Shown: positions 51,014 to 63,604, counted from the whole stretch's first letter. The stretch is DNA of 63,834 bases, filler included, from Calcarisporiella thermophila CBS 279.70 (GCF_041956535.1; 6 parts of 5 records of this genome joined end to end with filler, not necessarily neighbours in it); one strand, 5' to 3'. A program made the numbers and translations. Notes: generated by a model from the letters alone, not told the origin.

Positions 51014-51497
51014 ATGCTCAAGTACTACTTCATTGTATTTTTTTTTTTCCACAACTTGTCTATTATTCACCCCCCTTCTGGCCGAAGAAGATAATGCTGT
51101 TGAGAAACGCTGTGATATGGTTACTCATAGTCACCCATGTAGGTATGTTTATAACATCCCAAATGGATATGCTTTGGTTTCCCATGCGGCTAGGGCGGAA
51201 ATAGCTGTTATTTCCTCGTTTTGAACAACGCATATTTTGCCAATGCTGCCGATGCGGATAACAGCTTTAAATACCACGCGAACCTTGGTGCTAAAGTCAA
51301 AGCTAATAAATTGCAACATATCCCTCTCGTGTGTTCAACTTGGTCAACACGTGTACCACTGTGAAGCGCTGTGATAGACATGCTTGCGAAGTCCAATAAG
51401 GCATCACTAGGGAGATGGAGTGCGGAATCACGCGCCATACGATTTTGGAGAGATTAGATATGGGATTTTGCCTTCTGATCTTGAAAGTATTAGATGA
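51014..51497 (+). pseudogene. Decayed paralogue of the 48503-49105 precursor
   Basis: MLKYY..., AEEDNAVEKRCD and LNNAYFANAADADNSFKYHANLGAKVKAN in shifted frames. Repeat arrays are mostly lost. Confidence 0.85.
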
Positions 51498-54384
51498 AGA
51501 CTTTTTAATGAATGTAGTTTTACCAATCGGTATATACGTTAAATTATTATGTGAATAGTTGGACTATGAAGTCAGATTTCCTATATAGATATAAATTTTT
51601 ATCACTGTGTAATAGACTTCGGAGAAAGCTAAAAGAAAAAAAAGTAAATTTCGAAATCTTGTAATTCCTTGTCAAGAGGTTTTTATAATCAATTAGATAG
51701 TCGCAAAATTAGGATTAAAAACGAAATTGATTAAAACTAAAAATGTCGGAATCGTTGTCGTACAAGTCGCGAGCCTCAATTATATTCATCACTTTTGTAC
51801 TATTGTGCAATTATGTTGCAATTGATGTGTTAAATCTTTTCCTTACAAAATGTGTTCTTCACATTGCGAGGGCTAATAGGGGATTTTATATATTCTCGTA
51901 AACAACATTGGCGTAATCATTGAGAAAGGACTCAAAGAGTATGTGAAGTTAAGAGGCGGACTAGTCGAAACGGAGAAGTGCTTTTTTTTTTTTAAAGCAA
52001 CAATGTTCGTGTTCGGGCATGGTAATGTCTTCTCCTGGCGTAAAAAGGACTATATTGGCCTTTTTTAGATATCTTGAGTCACAGGTCTCTCTATATCCAG
52101 ATTTGCCTTGAGATTTTTTTTTGAAATCTCAGTCAGAAGGTTCAACACTTTTGGAGAATATATCAACTGTGGCCCCTATTTTAGGTGTCACGGATTGGCC
52201 TATTATTTGCCGCATGAATTTCATTTAAGTGCAGCAAAGATGTGCGATAGAATTTCTTTGCCTAATAACACGAAATGAGTTGGGGATCTTGTCATTTAAA
52301 TTTGCTCTCTCACTGGGCTCTCGGCAATTGGATCGACTGCAGAAACAAGCGACATCTGTAGGTTGATTTCGTCATTTGAAGACCGCTTACAAGCAAGGTT
52401 CGACGGCTGGGTTGAGGCATATAAACTATTAACCAAATTTTTCCACACTGAAAGGGCGAACGGCCGGAAGAATTGAAGGTCTTGTTATTCGAGTAATTTT
52501 CGACCTTCTTCTCTTTTTCATAAAAAAATAAGGCGATATTTGCGCATAACGGTTCTGAGCAAGGCGAGAAGGTATAAATCCTCCTAGAAATCTTTACAAA
52601 GAAGAATGTACAGGTGGAGCTGTAGCTATACTGGTTACTAAGATGCTCCCAGAACGCAGGGTGGAGGTAAAGAAGGCAGGGTCAAAAGGCACATAACAAT
52701 TAATAGGTGCCTTTTGGTCCTGGCAAGGATTGCATAACTTAGTCCTTCGCAGCTGTAGTTGCCAGTGATATCTTTTTTCGATTGTAATGGGCTTGAGATC
52801 TCTTCCTCTATCCTCTACCTAGGCCTGCTTATTCGATAAAATCGCCCTTTATTTGGTGATAACCCTTTGTAGCATTAGATTCTACGTTTTCTCGTATATG
52901 GCACTACTCCATTTTCGAATTTGGCCTCAGCATACTGTTGTTTTATTCACCCCTTCTTGCTCTAACATTCTTGTTCGCTCTTGTAATTTGGCAGCTTTAG
53001 TTGAGGCCACCATCATTCTTCGATAATATTCTTTGCAACAATGCGCACTATTTTTTCGAGCTCTTTTATCTTTTTCGGATTATACCGCAATAGATATGTA
53101 TTTTTTAGTCTATAGTATGAGATGGGGAAGTCACAGCAAATCACTTTGATTAGATACAAAACAAAGGCAATTTTTGCAACTGGTGAAGTGGTTTCTGATT
53201 ATTTTGGGATGGTAAGTCTCGATGTGGTTGAGTCGGTTTATACAAAGCGTTACCAAAGGTATTTGACACGTGGGGAAGGTATGGGAGAAATAGACTGACT
53301 ATGAATGGATTTTTTGAAACCGATGATCTCTTTCACCACAAAGACCATGGCGTAAAGTGTATTAAGCAGACTTGGAACTTGGCGGTAAGGCTTTTCCTTT
53401 ATCAAATGCTGGAATATGCAGACATGCGTCTTGTTAGGAAGCGGCTTCATTATATGCATGTATATAAAATATGCATAGTGCTTGTGCCCATCTGGTTAAC
53501 TTTAGCGGATGGTAAAGGTATTGCTTGGGAGACAAGAGTCGAGTAATATGAAGAAAATGTCCATAAATCCACATCCCCGCTAATTCAAATAAAGTCCCTG
53601 ATGTTTTTACTTCTTAAACGTTCCAAGCATGTATTACATTATATGGCATAGATCCTGAATCTGTTTTACAATAATTTTCCCACCGATTCGCCTCGGGTAT
53701 TAATTCTCATAATTAAAAGATTGACTATTCTTACTTAAGCCTAGCGTATGCGACGGCTTAAGGGAAATGGACAAGGCAAAGTCAGCAGTCCACGCNNNNN
53801 NNNNNNNNNNNNNNNNNNNNNNNNNNNNNNNNNNNNNNNTTAATTAATTAANNNNNNNNNNNNNNNNNNNNNNNNNNNNNNNNNNNNNNNNNNNNTCGCC
53901 TCTAATAACCTATTACAATATTTTTGAGTGCTAAATGAAAAAAAAATCTAATCTGTTCCCTCATATATGCCTGCCCATATATCACTTACTCATCATTATC
54001 TCATTGAAAGCGCCCGGAGGAAAATGGATATCTGTTTGATAATGTAGATAACCATCAAATTTATTTTAGGGCCTAAAATAAAATGATCTTTCGATGAGAA
54101 ATTGCTAACCTTTCTGAATAAGTATTGATGTATACTTTATTAAGTTTATTATATTATAAAAACTAATACAGGGAATAGTATACTGAAAGAAAAAAAAAAG
54201 AGGGTAGTGAACCGAATCAACCGATTGAAAAAGGAGGCAAATAGGAACTAAACCCGGGGAAAATGGTATATAATGATGTATAAATAAATAATGTAGGAGT
54301 GTTCATTAGTAAGAAATAAAGAAAAAAAAGCCTAATTAGTTGGCATTGCAGATCGCTGAATAAAGAATATTAACAAAAGATCGT

Positions 54385-55053
54385 TCAGAACGTTTTGAAG
54401 CGCTTTCCCAATTTCTTCAACCCAAACCCACCAAAACCTTTGAACCAATTTTTCCTCCGGTTAAGCTCTATCAAATCAGAAAATACTGGGAATGGATCTT
54501 GTAATTTAGTATCGACATTGGAGCCATCCTTAGAGTGTGGTTTAAGCTGGAACGCCTCGTCGAGGGCATCACTAAAATCGTGCTCAATGGTCCGCAGTCT
54601 AGCGGAGAGGGGATCACGATTCGCCAGCGAAAGAAGTGATTCCCGAATTGAAGCCCTCTTCTCTCTGTAATTTGGTGGAGGGATACGCACATTTCCCCGC
54701 TTAGATGCAGGGCGTGGTGTAATTCGGTGTGAGGTGCGTTTGGCAGTTTGGAAAACCTCAGTCATGTTACTTATGGGGGCAGGCTTTATCTCGGGCCCTG
54801 AGATAGTTGCAGGTGAGTCTGCAGCTGAAGGCATATTTGTGGTTTTGGGAACACGAGTTGGTAGTGATGCTAGTGCTGGTGCAAGGGCCTTGAGGGAACC
54901 TGATGTCGAGCGGTTGGAAACACGCTTGACTGGAACCCGATTTATATAACTACGGCCAGGGCGGGCGCCAACTATAGTAGAATTGGCTGCCCTTTTCGGA
55001 GAAGGAGGGAGAGGGTGAAGACGGGGCAAGGGGTTGGGCTTATTCTGTTGCAT
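54385..55053 (-). CDS. Hypothetical Pro/Ser/Arg-rich basic disordered protein
   Basis: 222-aa ATG-initiated GC-richer ORF between AT-rich flanks. No recognisable domain. Confidence 0.7.
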   Translation of the reverse strand: MQQNKPNPLPRLHPLPPSPKRAANSTIVGARPGRSYINRVPVKRVSNRSTSGSLKALAPALASLPTRVPKTTNMPSAADSPATISGPEIKPAPISNMTEVFQTAKRTSHRITPRPASKRGNVRIPPPNYREKRASIRESLLSLANRDPLSARLRTIEHDFSDALDEAFQLKPHSKDGSNVDTKLQDPFPVFSDLIELNRRKNWFKGFGGFGLKKLGKRFKTF

Positions 55054-55461
55054 TGTTCAAGACCAGCAGAAACAACAAAAAAGGAGCGTAGACGAAGAGG
55101 TGGAGGGAAAGACTAGAGGTTGAAAAGTGGATAGAGAGCGAAGGTCTGCTCGTTTATATGAATATCCATCGAATGTATGATATTTTTTTTTTACACCCAT
55201 CGTCTTATTAACCCTACTTCACCAATAAAGAATATAGGGTCAAATTAGGAAAGACCAGGAACCCTATTGAAGCATTGCATTTCAAACTCCACCGCTCTAC
55301 TGATTGCATAAAAACAATATAAATATACAATAGCTGTTAAGTGTCAATAAACGTACTTTACAATTTAATTAAGAGATATAGGAGAAAGGTTCAATAGAGG
55401 ATGGAAAATAGTATGGAAATATAAAAATAGACTAAATAAACGCGTCTAAAGTGGATTCTTC

Positions 55462-57455
55462 TTACTTTCTCGGAAGTTTCATTTCTATAAGATAGCGGCT
55501 CAAGAATGCCGCCATAAATGCCATTACTCCCCCAAATCTTAGAACCCAACCTACTCCGCCGCCATTAGTTCGAAGTGGCTCTCCATTCTCGCCGCCTTTA
55601 CCTTGAGCTGCACCAACTATGGTAAATATCAGACTCGCGATAATTGCAACAGCAAATTGTGGGAACACAATATACATGTTGTGGACACCCAAGATCATGC
55701 CTGCATCAAACTCTTCGTCTCTACGTTCTTGGTCATTTTCGCGAGTATCCGAAATGGAGTTGTAGGGAGGGGGCAACGGTGGAGGTGGCAGCGATGCTAA
55801 AAGAGGTCTCGCCTCCGCCTCCTCATCCTCCTCATCCTCTTGCAACTTCACCTCCTCATCACTTACAAATTCCCCAACCAATGCAAAAGGCACCCACATT
55901 GTTATACCCCACGCCACTCCCAACACAGCTATGACGGCAGTTGCGGCTTGAACAGTTCTCACAAAAAAGGTACTAAGCATTGCTGCACCAAACAATATAT
56001 GGGATGCAGTGTAAATATTCTGCATCGTGAACGGAGAAGCTGAGGTTCGAGATTCCGGTACCAGATGCGGAAGCATCACAATGGCGGCTACAGAGATGAT
56101 GGCATGGCAAAGAAGGGCAAAGGAGCCCGCGCGTGTCGCGTTGTCAATGAAATCGGGTGAATCACTCGGCTCAGAGTATGAGAGAATCTCTGCGACCCAT
56201 GTGGTAGCATAAAAGAGAAAAGGGAACCAGCCCATCCAGGCAAAGAACTGGACATTACAAAGTCGTTGAACAGGTCTGGGGAGATAACGCAAGGCTCGCC
56301 AGATATAACTTAGCATATAATACCAAGGCCTAATAAAGTAAATGCCGCCGTCAAAATAGGATACCTCGATGGGCAACTAATAAATGAGGTGTGGAAGAAT
56401 ACCTGTTGTCAACCTCTTCCAATTTATATGGCTTCTCGTGGATGCTGATACATGTCACACCTAATGTAACTCCCAGCACAATACTGGCCACTGAGCACAG
56501 TGCTTTCATTTGAGTATTGCCTAGGAATGGAACAAAACGAACAAGATCCATAAACCCAACAAAATATCCCAGCACCATTCCGATATTGTTCATGTTCCCA
56601 GCCCATGCATTTCCAGATCCTTGTTGCCATAGTGGTGGCACATCTAGGATTAACGCGCGACACGAAGCTTGAACTGCGTTAAGCGAGAAATCCAAAAAAT
56701 AGAAACCAAAAACGGCAATCAGAATCGCCGTATCGCGAAATTGCTTCCGCACCCCTTCACTAACATCTCCCTGCTCAATATCATGTAGCTTTTGTCCAAT
56801 CGACCATGCGGAGATCTCGCGAGCAAATGCAACACATATCATTGCAGTGATGACAAGAATACCACCTGCAATAATAAAAGGGCGACGTCGCCCAAAGCGA
56901 GAGGTTGATTTGTCACTAAAAGCACCAATTAGAGGCTGAACGACTAGACCAGAAAGCGGCCCTGCAAGCCATACGAGAGCAGTAAGTTCCTTTGGTAAGC
57001 CTAGCTTTAGGAGAAATGGGGTTCCATATCTAACAAGATAAAATCATTACAATCTATAATTTTCAATACCAGCTAAGGTGGGTCTAAAAACTTACGACAA
57101 TTCCACAGTCCCTTAAAGTAGGCGATATAGGGTTTCCAGCAATTTTGGGAAATTGGCGTAAAGTGGTTAGTACACAGGAAAATAAACCAACGTATATCAC
57201 AGGCCAAATTGCAAACAACTCACATGTGAATTGGACACCAGCCATGCATATAGTAAGCAAGAACATTGTCCAAGGATTAACACCTGGTTCTTCTCCACTG
57301 AGTTGCGCTAATGCATCCTGAGGTATACGATTATAGAGTACATCGCTTGATGAAATACTACGGAAAATAGGAGCTGATTTGCGTTTATCAAGTTTAGGGC
57401 GACGAACAGAATTCGTCGATGTACGTTTTTGATAATGTGGACGCGGCTCCTCCAT
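55462..57455 (-). CDS. Sut1/SLC45-like sucrose/alpha-glucoside:H+ symporter (MFS)
   Basis: GVQFT, YGTPFLL, VWLAGPLSGLVVQPLIGAFSD...FGRRRPF, LDFSLNAVQA, FFAWMGWFPF and GVHNMYIVFPQ. Confidence 0.94.
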
Positions 57456-57695
57456 TGTTATTACAAGAAGAAAATGTGGATTCAAGGGAGTATATTAGCC
57501 TCCAAATTCTTTCTTCAAAAAGATATTGGGGAGGGGAAGGAAGAAAAAACTCTGATGCTGAAAAAATAATCTGATCTCAATATTAGGTAAAAAAAGTAAA
57601 GTGGGGTAATATAAATTTTTGGCCATTAAACGAATATCTCATGAATATCTATAATAGGATAATAATGGACAATCATTCAGTATCTCGAGTATTAT

Positions 57696-58298
57696 CTAAA
57701 GATCCGACCAGTTGCACCCATCAACTATTGCCTGGGCAATAGGGACTAGTCCAGCTTTGTCCTGCTCATCAAAGCCTTCTATCTCCTCGCAGTCTATATC
57801 GAGCACCCCAACCACTCTATTCTAGAAGAGCCAATATAAAAGTATTATTTTCACTGCAATATAGCTTTCTGCATGTAGGAAGCTGGATCTTACTTCGTGA
57901 ACAAGTGGAATCACAATCTCCGAGTTCGATGCTGAGTCACATGCGATATGGCCGGGGAACTTATGTACGTCAGGCACTATCTGAACGTTTCGTGAGGCAG
58001 CGGCCTCACCGCATACACCTTTGCCAAACGGAATCCGAGTACAGGCAACTTTGCCTTGGAAAGGGCCTAGAGTTAACTCCTCGGGATTATTTTTTGTGGC
58101 CACATAGAAGCCTGCCCAGTTTATGTGTTTAGGCGAGATGTCATTAAGGCCATGGTAGATTAGCGATGCCAGATTAGCAAGATTGGTAACCCAATAGCGC
58201 TCGCCTTCTATTAGCGACTGGCACTGACTTAATAATTCAGCATAAAACTGACTCTTGTCGGAAATCGACGAGAAATTCCCTACTGCTGAATTCACCAT
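57696..58298 (-). CDS. GAF-domain free methionine-R-sulfoxide reductase (fRMsr)
   Basis: NWAGFY, LGPFQGKVAC, GKGVCG, FPGHIACD..SNSEIV, and a second exon VVGVLDIDC. Confidence 0.94.
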
Positions 58299-58684
58299 TT
58301 TGTACGTTACAAAGTAAGAGAGCGAACCGTCGTAAGTTGAACTATAACCCTTCAGATTGTTTGACAGAAAATTGCGAAATAAAGATGTAAGATTCTTAAA
58401 CAAAGGGAATATTGAACTTCCGATTATAATCATTTTATTCATTATAAGGAGCCATAGAAAAGATATCATTTGGGGTCATTATAGGGGGCAACAAACTTTC
58501 CAACTTCATGATCCTCCCCTTCAAATAAAAACCAACTATCTACAGAGCAATACAACACGCACAGCGTTTTGCAAAAGTAAAAAGGACAAAAAGAATGAAA
58601 TGTGTTCATGTTAAATAAAAAACCAGTTTTGTTTAACAGAACAAAAATAGCCCGTTCCCAGAATTTCACTTCATGCACACACTT

Positions 58685-59389
58685 TTACTCATTATGCGAT
58701 AGCTGGGCCATCATCTGGTCCAGCTGCTGAGAGGCGTAGCTAGCATAGCGACCGAGTAGGGCACGCTTGTACTGCGATCCCCGCACGCGACGAGGAAGGG
58801 AGGCATCCTCAGGGAAGACGGTTCGCTTACGTTTCTCATTGTTACCGTTTCTCTTGCCACGCTTGTTGCCCTTCTTCTTGTCACCATTGTTCTGCTTGTT
58901 TCCTTTGCCACCTTTTTTGCTACCTCCTACGATACGGATGTCGGAGCAGGTAACATATGGCTTAGCAGGAAGGAAGGCATCCCAGAACCAACGAAGAGTA
59001 CACTTTTCACAGCCCTCGTTGGGCAGTTGGACAGCGCGCTTGAACTGGCCAATTCTCTCTGCGCAATTATCAAAGGAATCAAGAGTCTTGAAGTCGGTGT
59101 CCTTCCCGGTGGTGGAGAGTTCAATTCGGCACGGTCCGCCGTGCGCGACCGTGATATCATAACCGACATTGATAGTGCTGCCGGCCTGGAAAGTGGCCTG
59201 GGGTTTGCCGGCTTTGAGCCCACCGCATGGATTCACCTCATTGGGTCCGAGGGCAAAAAGGAAGTCATTTTTCTCATCGCCCTTTTTGAGGCGGGGCTTA
59301 GGATCAACCATACGACCATGAGCGGAAACAAGGGGAATAAGGGAGAATGCAATAGCGGAGATGAAGAGTTGAACTGTGGCGAACTTCAT
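58685..59389 (-). CDS. Secreted histidine-brace LPMO-like protein (AA11-like or unclassified) with a Lys-rich tail
   Basis: The signal peptide ends VSA, giving mature His1. Second His in AHGGPC, then CTLRWFW and PYVTCSDI. Six Cys. Confidence 0.8.
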   Translation of the reverse strand: MKFATVQLFISAIAFSLIPLVSAHGRMVDPKPRLKKGDEKNDFLFALGPNEVNPCGGLKAGKPQATFQAGSTINVGYDITVAHGGPCRIELSTTGKDTDFKTLDSFDNCAERIGQFKRAVQLPNEGCEKCTLRWFWDAFLPAKPYVTCSDIRIVGGSKKGGKGNKQNNGDKKKGNKRGKRNGNNEKRKRTVFPEDASLPRRVRGSQYKRALLGRYASYASQQLDQMMAQLSHNE

Positions 59390-60039
59390 GATGGCAATTG
59401 TGGCTAAGTGAGTGATATGGGTTTTGTGAAATGTGAGTGAGGGCGTATGGAGAGTAGTAGAGAGCGGCCTGCGCTAGGAGATGGTAAGATAATTGGCGTA
59501 CAAATAACGACAACCGGGTCGCGATTATGGGGGGAAGAGGGTTGAGATGGAAGTTGTGAGATGAAGAACGGAAAAAGCTTGGATTCACCCGTTTTATATT
59601 CGATGAGCGTGGGTGAGCGTGTACCACCCAACTTGAGACGCCTGGGTGACTGAGATAGAATTTGATTAGTTTAGAACATCTGCACGCACACTGGTGCGGC
59701 GCGTTATTAACTTTAATTTCTCTCAACAAGCCCTGTATACTTGTATTGTCCAAGGGCCGCAAGAACACTGTTAAATGCCCAGTCTACGAAGAAAGCGGGC
59801 CGTGCTATGGAATCCATCCTATTGTTCTTGTCAAATTGATTTGCAGTTGGTATAAATTGGTTAGAGATTCACACTTTGATGAATAATAAGTCTCGATGAA
59901 AATGGAAAATATTGTTAACATTATGAGTCAACGCCGGGTGATTTCTAGATATTTCCTTCATTGCTCCTCACCATAATCTAGCTTTTATTTATAAGCTTTC
60001 TTGCCTTTCTCAATACCTGAGAGGGAGCTTTTCCATCCG

Positions 60040-61128
60040 ATGTTGCGCCCTACTCAATTCAATCAATCTATCCTAAGTAGTCCAGCCATTGCACTTTCTC
60101 ACACTAAATTTCCGGCATTGAGTAAATCTAGCAATGCCAAACTCGTCATAATTCATGGTCTCTTCGGATCGAAACGAAATTGGCGCACAATGGCCAAAAA
60201 TTTCTCACAGAAGTTAAACGTAGAAGTTTTCACTCTGGTAAAGCTGAATTACTTGCAAGAATTTACAAGAATACTAAAAGCAGCTTAGGATTTAAGAAAT
60301 CATGGGGATAGTCCGCATAGCTCTGTATTCAATTATAGCGCGATGGCTAAAGACGTTGAAGAATTCATTGAGAAAAATAAACTAGAAAACGTGACACTGC
60401 TTGGACATTCGATGCAAGTGCCTCATTTTCTTATTCATCAAATTTCTTTTTCTAAGTGACCTATACATTCTAGGGGAGGAAAAGTAGCCATGACGGTTGC
60501 CCTACGCCAGCAAAGTCCACTTTCGCGTCTAGTCGTTGTGGATTCAGCGCCAATGCGATTAGGATTGAGTCTGGATTTTGCAAAATTTTTGGAGAGGATG
60601 AAGGAGATAGAAAAACTACAGCTGACCCAGCAAAGCCAGGCTGACATATTGCTAAGAGACATTGCACAAGTATACTGAATTTGCACTAGAATGGGCTGTG
60701 GTATGGATTTTTGATGGTGTTTACACGCTCTTTTTTAAAGGATCTCAGCGTACGCCAATTCCTTCTCACAAATCTACGTTGGGATAATTCAAAGAAACAA
60801 TACAGATTTCAAATCCCCCTTGATATCCTACATGATTCTTTAAACGAAGTACGTGAGTTCCCATACATGCCTGGAGAGGCGAGTTACGCTAGACCAACAC
60901 TTTTTATCGCTGGGCGAAGAAGTCGGCACCGCGTGGATGAAAAACACCACCTTTTGAAAAGGTTTTTCCCTCAATCGAGAGTGAGTGCACTAGACACCGG
61001 CCATTGGGGTAAATGGAAGCATACAGATACCTCAATTAGAAACTCTTATTGATCCTTTCAACATAGTTCAAGTAGAAAAGCCTGATGAATTCTTCCATGT
61101 GGTTGCTGATTTTATAGAAAATACCTGA
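60040..61128 (+). CDS. ABHD11/YbfF-like alpha/beta hydrolase
   Basis: HGLFGSKRNW, DLRNHG.S, GHSMGGK (split by a GC-AG intron), RQFLLTNL and TGHWV. Confidence 0.92.
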
Positions 61129-61911
61129 GCAAACGAAAAATCGTTTGGCTTTAAACTGTTACACTCTTCATTTGTGTATACCTCATAGAGACATTCTTGG
61201 ATTAATACTCCAGAATATTACCATTAACTCCAGCTTATTAGCGAATTAACACGTCATTAAATACTAAGCTAGTGCCAATCAAAATAAATCAGAAAAATTA
61301 ATCAAATAATTTAAATCGGTGGACAATATTTAGTGCGGTAACCTAGGGCATAAAATAAGCATTATGTGTCGACAGAAACTAATTTATCTAGAGTTTTAAA
61401 AAATCATATATAGAGTTTTTTATAACAACTGGAAATTGAGAAATGAACAATAAAGTAACGCACAAAATCCAATATATCCAATAAGCTATTTGTATTTGTA
61501 TAGAGCTCTTTTATATCTCAAGTTTCCTCTTGAATGGTAACTTTTTCGACCAAAAAAAGGCAGTCGGGTTTTTTGATCTTTATTTCGGTGAATGTGTTTT
61601 TGGTTATTTTTAGTTTTTTTACTGAAGCCTAGTATAGCAAGCTTAGTTTACGGTGGGCAATTAATGCAGAGGGATATATAAATATGGCTGTTATACCACA
61701 ATTAATACATAAACTCTNNNNNNNNNNNNNNNNNNNNNNNNNNNNNNNNNNNNNNNNNNNNTTAATTAATTAANNNNNNNNNNNNNNNNNNNNNNNNNNN
61801 NNNNNNNNNNNNNNNNNAGCGCTAAAAGATTCCCACCAAAACCAAGCCTCCTTTCCTCCTACTGCGCCATAATTCCATATTGTGCCAATTCTCCTCACAA
61901 CAGTATAAGCT

Positions 61912-61983
61912 GGTTCTATGGTGTAATCGGTAGCACCCAGGACTTTGAATCCTGTAACCTGAGTTCGATTCTCAGTAGAACCA
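61912..61983 (+). tRNA. tRNA-Gln(TTG)
   Basis: GGTTCTA/TAGAACC acceptor stem, CAGGA-CTTTGAA-TCCTG anticodon arm, CTGAG-TTCGATT-CTCAG T-arm, downstream T-run. Confidence 0.96.
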
Positions 61984-62303
61984 AATTGTTGTTTTTATGA
62001 ATTTTAAAATCATATTTTTATAATGTGATATCTGGACATCTTTTATATTTTTATTTTTACACAAAACATTTTCTTTGCAAATAATGCCCGTATAAAAAAT
62101 AAATATTTGAAAACTCGCGTCGCTGTTTTTCCATATAATGTAGAGTACCCGTCACCAGCTCTCTCCGAGTGAATTTATTTACGAAAATGCAGTATCGAAA
62201 ATTTAGGTATAGAGGTTTTACATGGTGCCAACATTTTGTTCTTTTTCGTTTCAGGAGCAGCATAGCATATATTCGAAGATTATTATATATAAAATTCTCT
62301 TCG

Positions 62304-62640
62304 AATACCGCTTAGTATATCCTCAGCTTGCATTGAAAAGTTCCCCGAGCCGTTCTAACATCATGTTAGTTAGAGTTCATTCAATCTTCTTGCGTGTGTG
62401 ATTAGCAGATAATATACACTTTCTATAATAGACCATCTTGGCTTGTTGCCTTCGGGAAATCGCTTCTCAGATATCTCTTTAGATTTTCTTATAAATGCTT
62501 TATAGGGTTAAAGTCTGGTGATTGTGAGGGAATCTGGTTGTTACGGAGCCATCAATCAATGAGCTCTGTTTTGTAATTAGAGATGTTGTTGCGTTGAAAT
62601 ATCACATCTTGCTGAGAATATAACATTGACGTGTAGCCAT
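62304..62640 (-). mobile_element. Tc1/mariner transposase C-terminal relic
   Basis: The minus strand reads VIFQRNN...WLRNNQIPSQSPDFNPIKHL*ENLKR, matching SPDLNPIE..W, and ends near GYTK. Confidence 0.75.
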
Positions 62641-62988
62641 CAATTTATTGTCATGAAATCTTCAATATAGTTCAGATTTAAGAATTTCTATAATAAGACA
62701 AGCCAGTCCAATAATTTAGCATGTCATACAACTACAAGTCATAATACTTTAATGATAAGAATTAATAAATGTAGTTTTGTGTCGATGATAACAAAGAGTT
62801 GATCAATTTATGACAATTCGAATGTTTCTATTTGATTAATGCGGTCAACAAATTTTTAATTTTCTCAACATCAACGATATTTTAAAAATATAGTACTAAG
62901 TGGCTTTATATTGATAGTTATCTCATAACCTAAGATTAATTTAAAGTAAAATTATTTCGCCTTTCGAATAGGCAAAAATGAATCAAAT

Positions 62989-63060
62989 TGCCCATTATGG
63001 GATTCGAACCCACGATCTTCTGTTTACAAGACAGACGCCTTACCACTTGGCCAAACGGGC
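62989..63060 (-). tRNA. tRNA-Thr(TGT)
   Basis: The reverse complement GCCCGTTTGGCCAAGTGGTAAGGCGTCTGTCTTGTAAACAGAAGATCGTGGGTTCGAATCCCATAATGGGCA folds as a cloverleaf. Confidence 0.95.
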
Positions 63061-63131
63061 TTGACTAAAATTTCTCACATTGTGTCGTATATCAAGCTAT
63101 CAAACTAGATTAAAACTCCGACGTCAATTAA

Positions 63132-63318
63132 GCCGGGGAGGGATGGAATATTGGTCTATCCCAGGGATGCCGAGTGAAACGGCGTGGATTCGAATTCCAC
63201 CCCCCCCCCCCCCACCCAGCTCTCACTATTTAATCGTGTCTGCTGTCCACTTTGATATTTATCATGTTATAATTTATATGGAAATTAAATAAAAGTTTCC
63301 ATTGAATGATTAAAAAAA
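63132..63318 (+). mobile_element. tRNA-headed SINE, internally deleted copy
   Basis: A-box-like TGGAATATTGG, T-arm/B-box GTGGATTCGAATTCCAC, poly-C, the shared CTGCTGTCCACTT block and the shared A-rich tail. Confidence 0.65.
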
Positions 63319-63334
63319 CAAACCTAAATTGATT

Positions 63335-63588
63335 CCCTACAAAAAACCCGCCCGGAGAAGATTGCTAGAAAATGTATAGAAGCATGTAGAAAAAATGGAG
63401 GACGTTCGCGATTCCTTATAAATTTTCAATAATTTCCCTGTAATTTGTAGACTCCTTTCCCATTATAAATACCATGAAAAGCAGGTGAAAAGTTTGTAAA
63501 AATTTAGAGAATCGCTAACGTTCTCCAACTTTTCTATATGCTTCTATACATTTTCTAGCAATCTTCGCCGGGCGGGTTTTTTGTAGGG
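63335..63588. mobile_element. MITE with long TIRs CCCTACAAAAAACC...GGTTTTTTGTAGGG
   Basis: About 90-bp imperfect TIRs. The second partial copy at 12621-12749 defines the end. Confidence 0.8.
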
Positions 63589-63604
63589 AATCAATTTAGG
63601 TTTG

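Noticed and set aside
52200-53600. Possible decayed LINE or other coding relic
   Set aside because: Only vague Cys/His spacing, with no RT or endonuclease motif I can support.
63132-63205. Possible tRNA-Sec or tRNA-Ser gene
   Set aside because: There is no TCA anticodon arm, no proper acceptor pairing and no room for both anticodon and variable arms. It is better explained as a SINE head.
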